In this document: piece after piece, positions 8,984 to 16,708 of the stretch
Layout of the letters: each line of letters starts with the position of its first letter
How positions within the stretch are numbered: the stretch's first letter is position 1
Assembly: GCA_949294555.1 (NCBI GenBank)
Contig: CASFHP010000001.1
Coordinates: 19,070-83,069, forward strand
Direction of reading: 5' to 3'
Source of the DNA: an uncultured Eubacteriales bacterium
GTDB taxonomy: Bacteria > Bacillota > Clostridia > TANB77 > CAG-508
Length of the DNA stretch: 64,000 nt
Notes under the pieces: generated by a model
The model's input: only the letters and a program-made list of their open reading frames with translations
Database searches by the model: none
What the model was told of the DNA's origin: nothing
Program-made: the position numbers and the translations under genes

Positions 8984-10351
8984 ATGATGAAACTTAATGA
9001 AATAGAAGAAGTTAAAAAATTGATAAAAAACGGATTTAATTTAGAATTGATATCTTTTGAATTAGATATACCAATTGAAGAAATTAAACAGTGTAAGTTG
9101 GAATTAGAAACGATGAAACAACCTAATTCAACTAGAACTTATAGTGCTAAAGAAATAATTGATAGTGAAAACAAACAGGCTCATTCAAAAATGCAACAAA
9201 TGAAAGAAAGATATAGAAAATTGTATTTTACAAGCAATAAAATTGAAGTTAAGCAACCAAAAGAATTACCAAGACAAAAGGTTGAACAAATAAATTTAGT
9301 TATAGCAGAAATTGAAGAAATAGTAGAAAGTATTAAAGAACTACCTAAAAAAGAAAGGAGAAAAGAAGTTAATGCAATTTTAAGCAAACTAAAACAAATA
9401 GAAGAATATCAATTGACTATTGAGCAAGCAGAAAAGTTGCATTATATATTGCAGTCAGAAGAATTAAAAAAATTGAATTCGAGTATAACAGATAAAATTG
9501 ATTTTTACATGAATAGAAGTAGAAAAATAGTAATTAAAAAATTAGCAGAAGCTATTGATATAGCACAAGCTCAAAGTGATGAATTAGAAGAATTAAAAGG
9601 ATTAGAGAGAAAACTAACGATGGGAATGCAACAAAATAATCAAATAGTTGTAGGAGCAGTAAAAAGTAGAATAGGAAATAAAATATCAAAAATAATTCAA
9701 CAGAAAGCAATTGATAGAATTAGAAACGATGTTCCTGAAGATATAGAATTTATAATAAGAGAGATAGCAAATGGTACATTAAATATTCAAATAGCAAATA
9801 AAATTATTGATAAAGAAGCTAAAAAAAGAGTACAGAAAAAACCAAAAACCAGATTTAGTTTAACAGAAGAACAAGAAAAAAGGCAAATTTTAATACAAAT
9901 AAGAACGGTGTTAATAGAAAAGTCAGAACAATATCATATAGATAATCCAGAAAAAACTATTCTGCAAATACAAGAGTTATGTGATGGGGAATTAGAACAA
10001 GCAATAAGGACAGTAGTAAAAAATTTGACTAATGTAAAAGATTTTGAAAGAGCAAAAGAAGTTTGTAATAAATTTTCTAGCAAAGATAATGAAAGTTCAC
10101 TTTCAGCTTATATAAGAAAATTAAGGAAACAAATAAGAAACGAGGAGATTAGTGATATTGTATTGAAAGGATTAAATATGAATGGAACTGAAAGAGAAGA
10201 AAGGACATATTTTGAGTTAATAGAAAAAGGAATAAAAATGGGAAATATTAAATTAGGTGCAGTATCTTTAGGAAAAAGTCAAGACGGATTAAGAAATATA
10301 ACTTTAGCTGATATATGGGTAGATGAAAATCAAAAGGAAAAATCACGATAA
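8984..10351 (+). CDS. hypothetical protein, paralogous N-terminal module plus a long helical region (455 aa)
   Basis: Start at ATGATG 8984, with RBS AAGGAAAAG upstream. N-terminus MMKLNEIEEVKKLIKNGFNLELISFELDIPIEEIKQCK matches the N-terminus of the 5156 gene. Confidence 0.6.
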   Translation: MMKLNEIEEVKKLIKNGFNLELISFELDIPIEEIKQCKLELETMKQPNSTRTYSAKEIIDSENKQAHSKMQQMKERYRKLYFTSNKIEVKQPKELPRQKVEQINLVIAEIEEIVESIKELPKKERRKEVNAILSKLKQIEEYQLTIEQAEKLHYILQSEELKKLNSSITDKIDFYMNRSRKIVIKKLAEAIDIAQAQSDELEELKGLERKLTMGMQQNNQIVVGAVKSRIGNKISKIIQQKAIDRIRNDVPEDIEFIIREIANGTLNIQIANKIIDKEAKKRVQKKPKTRFSLTEEQEKRQILIQIRTVLIEKSEQYHIDNPEKTILQIQELCDGELEQAIRTVVKNLTNVKDFERAKEVCNKFSSKDNESSLSAYIRKLRKQIRNEEISDIVLKGLNMNGTEREERTYFELIEKGIKMGNIKLGAVSLGKSQDGLRNITLADIWVDENQKEKSR

Positions 10352-10397
10352 AGTATATAAAAAATATAGGTGTTTCGATAGTATGAACCACCTATAT

Positions 10398-10649
10398 TTA
10401 ATCATTTACTTCAACATCATCAAATAATTTATCATCAAAAAAATCTTTTAAAGAAATATTAAGAGCCTGACAAATTAAAGTAATAGTTTCTATTTTGATA
10501 GACTTATTTTGACCTCTTAAAAATCTATTTATAGTAGCACGGTCTATACCAGAAGATAGTGCTAACTTATTACCATTAACTTTATTTTCAGTCATTAAAT
10601 TTTTTATTCTTAATCTCATTGCTTTTGATAAATCCATTGTATTCTCCAA
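10398..10649 (-). CDS. XRE-family HTH regulator (83 aa), Tn916 Orf9-like position and orientation
   Basis: NKLALSSGIDRATINRFLRGQNKSIKIETITLICQALNISLKDFF is HTH_3-like. Similar to the 53723 gene. Confidence 0.7.
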   Translation of the reverse strand: MENTMDLSKAMRLRIKNLMTENKVNGNKLALSSGIDRATINRFLRGQNKSIKIETITLICQALNISLKDFFDDKLFDDVEVND

Positions 10650-10785
10650 TCAAAAAAATATTTATAATAAATATAGCAAATAACGAAATAAAACAAGGGG
10701 ATTACAAACAACAAAAATTGGCAAAAGTATTGAATTCCAAAAAGAAAAGTGCTATCATATATAAAAATATGAAAGGAAGAAAGAT

Positions 10786-11013
10786 ATGAAACAAGAAAAG
10801 CTAATAAATCCAGAGTTTGACATTCCATATTATATATTTGATGAAATAGTGGAATATATAGAAAAAACAGCACAAGGGAGATGTAAAACAATGAAATGGG
10901 AAAATATAAAATCGTTATTAAAATGTGCTGTGATAAATGAAAGACTAACTGAAAGACAGGCAGAATATATTGAAGAAAAGTATTCTAGAGAGAAAGAAGA
11001 TAAAGAAAAGTAG
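10786..11013 (+). CDS. hypothetical small protein (75 aa)
   Basis: RBS AAAGGAAGAAAG precedes the ATG. No motif recognised. Confidence 0.4.
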   Translation: MKQEKLINPEFDIPYYIFDEIVEYIEKTAQGRCKTMKWENIKSLLKCAVINERLTERQAEYIEEKYSREKEDKEK

Positions 11014-11131
11014 TTTATTTTTTTTACCTGCAATGTTACTATAAGCAACAATTTTGTTCAAACGTATTTATTCTAAAATTATGTCAAAAATAATATTATA
11101 TAACTATTATTAGAATAAATGAGGTAATATT

Positions 11132-11485
11132 ATGGAGAACAATGTAGGTAAAAGAATTTTAGAAGTAAGAAATAAAAGAAATTTAACACAAGAAGAATTA
11201 GCAGAGAAGGTGGGTAGTGTACCAAGTTATATATCAAACATAGAAAGAAAAAACAAATGCCCATCATTATCATTATTAAGAAAAATAGTAAAGGAATTAG
11301 ATACATCTTATGATTATCTTTTAATGGATGATTTTGATATGGATAAAAAGTTGGAAATTAAATATAAAGAAATGTTTAAAGAAATTAAAAAACTTGATAA
11401 AAAAACACAAGAAGAATTTTTTAACGTAGCAAATAATATTATCAAGAGTTTTAAAAGTATTGAGAATAATAGTAAAAATAAATAG
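11132..11485 (+). CDS. XRE-family HTH regulator (117 aa)
   Basis: RILEVRNKRNLTQEELAEKVGSVPSYISNIERKNKCPSLSLLRKIVKEL is a Cro/C1-type HTH. RBS GAGGTAA. Confidence 0.75.
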   Translation: MENNVGKRILEVRNKRNLTQEELAEKVGSVPSYISNIERKNKCPSLSLLRKIVKELDTSYDYLLMDDFDMDKKLEIKYKEMFKEIKKLDKKTQEEFFNVANNIIKSFKSIENNSKNK

Positions 11486-11853
11486 AAAATGCAAATAATA
11501 AAATCTTTAAATATATAAAAATGTCAAAAAAAGACTTTTTTATATATTTTTTTTGCGTTTTCACAAAATACAACAAATTTCGACAAAGACATTATGATAA
11601 AATTCTACCAGATATTTACACCCAAAAACAAAAGATAAAAAAATTAAAATATAAACTGTTTTAATTGTGAATCAAAAATTGACGAAAAAGTTTTATAATT
11701 TTAAATTTTAAGTTTTAAGTTTTAAGTTTGGCTAGTTACACCAACTTATAATACTTTTTCTTCCACTATAACAGGTGTTACTTACCATAGTGGGAGAGTG
11801 TGAATGAATTGGTGGACAATAGATAAAAGTTCTTCAATTAAATATGTATGCCT

Positions 11854-11912
11854 AAAAAAAGAGGTTGCGATTATTTCTATAAGTTTTAGAGGTAATCGTG
11901 ACCTCTTTTTTT
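11854..11912 (+). terminator. long hairpin plus T-run in the leader of the sigma-like gene (possible attenuator)
   Basis: AAAAAAAGAGGT (11854-11865) pairs with ACCTCTTTTTTT (11901-11912), with an inner GCGATT/AATCGT stem. Lies about 95 nt upstream of the 12008 start. Confidence 0.55.
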
Positions 11913-12007
11913 GTCCAATTAGAAAGACTACTCTAACTTTTTGTAGTGGTTGTCGCAGTCCTCCCGAGTTCGATTTAAAAAATTTTAAATCGAATGGAGG
12001 AAATAAA

Positions 12008-12484
12008 ATGGACAAAAGACCAAAAAGAAGTAGGGATAAATATAATCCATATACTTTACATAGTGATAAATCAAAAAACATATATAAAGTTACTTTCTCA
12101 AACTTAAACAAAATAGCAAAAGTAAAAATCTCTAAAAAGATATTTGAACAATTAGATGAATTTGAGAAAGAAGACGCAAGACAAATACAGGAAATAAAAA
12201 GACATTATGAACAAAATGAAGTAACAGAAATTACTTTAAATAAAAGGGCATTTGATAAGCCAGAAGATGTTGATGAAATAGTTATAAAAAACATATATAG
12301 CGAAAAGCTAGAACAAGCAATGAAAACACTAACCAAAGAACAGAGAAGGAGAATTCTTTTATATTACGATTATCAATTAACAATGGAAGAAATAGCCAAA
12401 ATAGAAGGTTGTGCAAAACAATCGGTACAAGAGAGTATTGAATGGGGAATTAAAAAATTAAAGAAATTTTTTGAAAAATTTTAA
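12008..12484 (+). CDS. sigma-70 region-4-like DNA-binding protein (Tn916 Orf7-like), 158 aa
   Basis: Start at ATG 12008 after RBS GGAGGAAA; the upstream part of tracked ORF 11804.. has no RBS and crosses a terminator. C-terminus LTKEQRRRILLYYDYQLTMEEIAKIEGCAKQSVQESIEWGIKKLK is a sigma r4/LuxR-like HTH. Confidence 0.65.
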   Translation: MDKRPKRSRDKYNPYTLHSDKSKNIYKVTFSNLNKIAKVKISKKIFEQLDEFEKEDARQIQEIKRHYEQNEVTEITLNKRAFDKPEDVDEIVIKNIYSEKLEQAMKTLTKEQRRRILLYYDYQLTMEEIAKIEGCAKQSVQESIEWGIKKLKKFFEKF

Positions 12485-12940
12485 AAATATACCCTGACAA
12501 AATTCAATTTTCTGCACAAACAAGTGAGAGGGTAATTCTCGTGATGTTTTTCTTAAAAGAAATTTATAAGTAGTACATTGAAAATTGAATATCAATTCAT
12601 TAGATACAGTCCTTTGATTACTTGAGCTAGTAATAATTATATTACTTAAATATTAGCTTGCAACTAATAAGGCGAAGAAAAGTGTAAAAGGAAAGAAACT
12701 TTTGTATAGTCATAGAACGAGCGTTAAAAGCGTCCTACGCAATGAGTACAAGTCGGTTAGAAACGGACAGGGGTATGCCGAATACCACCTATGAAGATGT
12801 CTGCAAAACATCTGTCTAATGAATTATGAAAAGGTATAAATGAAAAAGAAAGAACTCTAAAATATGGTATAGCAATGTTTATCAATATACCCTCAAACAT
12901 TTTTAGAGTTCTTATAACATATAAGAAAGGAAACGAAACA

Positions 12941-13111
12941 ATGATATTAAAAATTTTATTGATAGATATGATAATTGTTGCTGTTCTTATGTATTTAGTG
13001 CTATTAGGAGCGAATATGTCTAAAACAGCAGAAGAAAGAGAAATGGAAGATAAAGAACAAATAAAATACTTGAAAAAATATAATAGCAGGAGGAAAAAGA
13101 ATGGTAAATAA
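12941..13111 (+). CDS. small membrane-anchored protein (56 aa), translationally coupled to mazF
   Basis: RBS AAGAAAGGAAA. MILKILLIDMIIVAVLMYLVLLGA is a TM helix, followed by a charged tail. Overlaps the MazF start by 11 nt. Confidence 0.45.
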   Translation: MILKILLIDMIIVAVLMYLVLLGANMSKTAEEREMEDKEQIKYLKKYNSRRKKNGK

Positions 13112-13478
13112 AATTAGAAGAAATGAAATATATTTAGCAAATTTAGGACATACAGTAGGAAGTGAAGAAAGAGGAAAAAGACCAGTTTTAATCATCCAAA
13201 ATAATTTAGGAAATAGGTACAGTCCAACAACAATAGTTATTCCAATAACAAAAAGAGTAGAAAAAGGGTATCACATACCAACACATATAAAAATAAAGCC
13301 ATTTGGAAAGATGAAATATGAAGCAACAATAATGGCAGAACAAATAAAAATTATAGATAAAAGAAGATTGATAAGTTTTATGGATAAATTGCCTAAAAAA
13401 TATATAAAGTCAGTAAACAATGCTTTAAAAATAGCAATTGATTTACAAGAAAGGAAACGATATGGAATTTATAGATGA
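13101..13478 (+). CDS. MazF/PemK-family type II toxin endoribonuclease (125 aa)
   Basis: RRNEIYLANLGHTVGSEERGKRPVLIIQNNLGNRYSPTTIVIPITK..MAEQIKIIDKRRL is the classical PemK/MazF signature. Confidence 0.8.
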   Translation: MVNKIRRNEIYLANLGHTVGSEERGKRPVLIIQNNLGNRYSPTTIVIPITKRVEKGYHIPTHIKIKPFGKMKYEATIMAEQIKIIDKRRLISFMDKLPKKYIKSVNNALKIAIDLQERKRYGIYR

Positions 13479-14352
13479 TGAACACGAAAAATTCTGGGAT
13501 GAAAAAAGTTTTATATTGCTGAAGCATAAAAAAACAGATGTATATTATAAATCAATAGTTTATACATTAGGAATATGCGAAACAACAAGAAGTAACTTTG
13601 ACAAGATATTTAATATAGAAAAAGGAGAAATAAATATTGATTCTATAAATAGTGCTTTTCAAACAGGAACAAGTGAAAAGGTTACTAGAATGGCATTTTC
13701 ATTATGGAATAGATGTAATTATGATAGTGCTAAAGATAGACAAAAAGGAAAAGTATCAATATATTATAATCCAAGTGAAATATTTTGTTGCAGTTATGCT
13801 CCATACTTTGTTGAGGCTCTAAAGATAAGATATCCAGAATATTTTAGAGAATATCAAAATAGTAAAACAATAGAAATTAGTAATGCTGAAGAAAAGAACA
13901 ATTGTAAAAAATATGGAATATATTCCAGAAGTAGTGTGAAAAATAAATGTTTAGCTGATATAGAAGTGAATGAAAGCGTAAAAGATTTGTTAGATTTAGC
14001 AAGAAAAAACGAATATAACGTAGTAGAAATTTATGTAGACGAAGGCTTTTCAGGTAGAATAAATGGAAGAACATCATTACATAAACTTTTAAATGATATA
14101 GATAATAGTAAAATAGATGGTGTTATAACACAGAATTTAGAGCAACTTGTAAGAGATGATTTTACAAATACTCAAATGTTGCTACATAAGATAAAAAATA
14201 AAGGAGCAGAAATTATAGTAACACAAGACGAAAAACTACAAAATTTGTTTGAGTTATATGAAAAAAGCAATAAAGAAATAGAACAAGAAATAAAGAAATC
14301 CACACAATCTGAAAAGAAAAAAACAAAAAGGAAAGATGACAAGTCCAGATAG
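13462..14352 (+). CDS. fusion protein: DUF6075-like N-terminal domain plus a degenerate serine-recombinase (resolvase) catalytic-like domain
   Basis: Start at ATG 13462 (RBS AAGGAAA). C-terminal half reads YGIYSRSSVKN..VDEGFSGRINGRTSLHKLLNDIDNSKIDGVITQNLEQLVRD, which follows the resolvase pattern Y.R.S..(n)..D.G.SG....R..l..ll..(n)..dRl.R with partial degeneration. No DNA-binding domain follows it. Confidence 0.5.
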   Translation: MEFIDDEHEKFWDEKSFILLKHKKTDVYYKSIVYTLGICETTRSNFDKIFNIEKGEINIDSINSAFQTGTSEKVTRMAFSLWNRCNYDSAKDRQKGKVSIYYNPSEIFCCSYAPYFVEALKIRYPEYFREYQNSKTIEISNAEEKNNCKKYGIYSRSSVKNKCLADIEVNESVKDLLDLARKNEYNVVEIYVDEGFSGRINGRTSLHKLLNDIDNSKIDGVITQNLEQLVRDDFTNTQMLLHKIKNKGAEIIVTQDEKLQNLFELYEKSNKEIEQEIKKSTQSEKKKTKRKDDKSR

Positions 14353-14380
14353 GGCTTGTTTTTAGTTAGGAGGAAAATCA

Positions 14381-14779
14381 ATGAAAAAGAATATTAGAAA
14401 TAAGGAATATACAATGGAGGAGGCAGTAGCATACTTTATTTTAGGTTATAAAAGATGTAATGAAAATAATCAGAAAAGAGGACTAGAAGATATATTAAAA
14501 AATATATTAGAAATTGCAAAAGAAAATATTGATACAAACGAAATACAAGGTGTTAATACTAACTTACTGAAAAGAATAAATTTTAGTTGGACATTAACAA
14601 GTGATGATTTTGTATCTTATGCAACTTGTATCTTTTATGTGCTTATAAATAGAGAACAAAAAATAACAGATGAAAAAATAGTTAAAGAATTTTTGAGAGA
14701 ATTACATTCACACCACCCTAGAAGGACAATGAAAGAAGCAGAACTAATACTTACAAAAATGTTTCCAGATTTGTTATAA
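14381..14779 (+). CDS. hypothetical protein (132 aa)
   Basis: RBS AGGAGGAAAA. No motif recognised. Confidence 0.5.
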   Translation: MKKNIRNKEYTMEEAVAYFILGYKRCNENNQKRGLEDILKNILEIAKENIDTNEIQGVNTNLLKRINFSWTLTSDDFVSYATCIFYVLINREQKITDEKIVKEFLRELHSHHPRRTMKEAELILTKMFPDLL

Positions 14780-14863
14780 AAATACATTGAAACTATTTAA
14801 CAAAAATTATTCATAATTTTGGACTTGCAAAAATATTTTTAAATAGACAAGGAGGATAAGATT

Positions 14864-15001
14864 ATGGAGAATACAGAAAATGAAAAAAATACCGTAAAAA
14901 AGATATATGGAACTGAAAATTTAAAAGATATATTAACTGATTTACTTGAAAAAATGTTTATAAAAGAAATTAAAAATGTGGAAAAATCAAAAAATAATTA
15001 A
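14864..15001 (+). CDS. small ORF (45 aa) just upstream of the recombinases; possible accessory or directionality factor
   Basis: Not in the ORF track (<60 aa). Strong RBS AAGGAGGATAAG lies 5 nt before ATG 14864. Encodes MENTENEKNTVKKIYGTENLKDILTDLLEKMFIKEIKNVEKSKNN. Confidence 0.4.
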   Translation: MENTENEKNTVKKIYGTENLKDILTDLLEKMFIKEIKNVEKSKNN

Positions 15002-15081
15002 ATTTGCACATTTTACTGAATAATAAAAACAAAATAGAATGGAATAGCAAAATGGTTATTTATTCTAGGGGAGGAGGGAAA

Positions 15082-16707
15082 ATGTTAAGAATAAATAATT
15101 ATAAAGTAGCCAAATATTTGCGTTTATCAAGAGATGACGGAGATGATAGAGAAAGTGAAAGTATAGAAAATCAAAGAGACATAGTAGACAGTTATATAAA
15201 AGAACACGAAGAATTAGAGGACTGTGGAGAATATGTTGATGATGGTTATACTGGAACAAACTTTAATAGACCTGGATTCAAAAAAATGCTAGAAGATATA
15301 GAAAATGGAAAAATAGATTGCATTATAACAAAGGATTTATCAAGGTTTGGCAGAGACCATATAGATACAGGATATTACCTTGAAAGATATTTACCAACTA
15401 ACAATATAAGATATATAGCAATAGGAGATAATGTTGATACAGCAAAGCCTGATGGATTACAATTTTTGACTTTCAAATTGAGTTTTAATGACTATTATGC
15501 ACAAGATATATCAAACAAAATAAAAAGTGTAAAAAACAGAAAAATAGAAAAAGGAGAATTTCAAGGAGGAATTGCACCTTATGGTTATAAAAAAGATTCA
15601 GAAATAAAAAATCACTTAATAATAGATGAATATGCTTCTGAAATTGTGAAAGAGATATTTGATATGTATGTAAATAAAGGAATGTCTACGATAAAAATAG
15701 CTGAAAAGTTAAATGAAAGAAAAATTGAAGCACCAGCAGTCTATTTAAAAATACCTGTGTGTATGAAAAGAAAAAGCAAAAATCCAGAAGGTTATATATG
15801 GCAGAGTCCACAAATTGCTAAAATGTTAAAAAATGAAGTTTATATAGGTAATATAGTGGGAAGAAAATTTCAAAAGATAAGTCATAAAGTCGAAAAAGTA
15901 AGAGCAACACAAAAAGATGAATATGTTATTGTAAAAAATATGCACGAGCCTATTATAGATGAACTAACTTGGAGAAAAGCACAAGACAAATTAAATAAAA
16001 GAGGCACAACAATAATAAGAACAAATAATGAGCCATTAAAAGAATTTGTATATTGTGCAGAATGTGGAGGAAAAGCAACATACAGAATAAGAAAAAGTGT
16101 TAGAAAAAGTGGTTATATATGGGAACAAAGAACTTTTATATGTTCAAACAAAAATATTCATAAAAATAATTGTACTTGCAAACCAATAGAAGAAAATATA
16201 ATAGTAAATAAAGTAAAAGAGGCAATTAAAGAAGAAATTGAGCAAGTAGGATATACAGAAGATGAAATAATAAATATTTTCAAACTAGCTGAAGAAAAGG
16301 TTGAAAGTAAAAAGAATATTTTGAAAAAGCAGGAAATGCAATTACAGGAAAAAGTAGAACAAAATGAAAAAGCTATGGAAGAGGTATATACTGATAAAAT
16401 AAAAAAGATTATATCAGCAGATGATTTTGGAATATTCTATAATAAGTTACAAAAGGAAAAAAAGGAATTGCTTGCAAAAATTCATCAGATAGAAACAGAG
16501 CTAATAGAACTGCAAAAAGATAATAATGAAGAAAAATATTTAAACAGTATAAAGTTAGCCAAAAAATTATTAACACTTGAAAATCCCACCAAAGAAATAT
16601 ATTCAAATTTAATAAAGAAAATCGAATTTGATAGCAAGAAAAATGTTAGAGTTACACTCACTTTCGGAAAAGTACAATTACAAGAACAACTTAAGGAAGT
16701 AATATAA
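15082..16707 (+). CDS. large serine recombinase (541 aa), intact
   Basis: Start at ATG 15082 after RBS GGGGAGGAGGG. Resolvase catalytic motifs (AKYLRLSRDDGD..DDGYTGTNFNRPGFKKML..ITKDLSRFGRD), recombinase domain (GIAPYGYKK), Cys-rich zinc-ribbon region (CAECGG..C..C) and a coiled-coil C-terminus. Confidence 0.9.
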   Translation: MLRINNYKVAKYLRLSRDDGDDRESESIENQRDIVDSYIKEHEELEDCGEYVDDGYTGTNFNRPGFKKMLEDIENGKIDCIITKDLSRFGRDHIDTGYYLERYLPTNNIRYIAIGDNVDTAKPDGLQFLTFKLSFNDYYAQDISNKIKSVKNRKIEKGEFQGGIAPYGYKKDSEIKNHLIIDEYASEIVKEIFDMYVNKGMSTIKIAEKLNERKIEAPAVYLKIPVCMKRKSKNPEGYIWQSPQIAKMLKNEVYIGNIVGRKFQKISHKVEKVRATQKDEYVIVKNMHEPIIDELTWRKAQDKLNKRGTTIIRTNNEPLKEFVYCAECGGKATYRIRKSVRKSGYIWEQRTFICSNKNIHKNNCTCKPIEENIIVNKVKEAIKEEIEQVGYTEDEIINIFKLAEEKVESKKNILKKQEMQLQEKVEQNEKAMEEVYTDKIKKIISADDFGIFYNKLQKEKKELLAKIHQIETELIELQKDNNEEKYLNSIKLAKKLLTLENPTKEIYSNLIKKIEFDSKKNVRVTLTFGKVQLQEQLKEVI

Positions 16708-16708
16708 A

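Noticed and set aside
11706-11729. Short tandem repeat TAAGTTT x3
   Set aside because: It is only three copies in very AT-rich non-coding DNA, and no associated feature was found.
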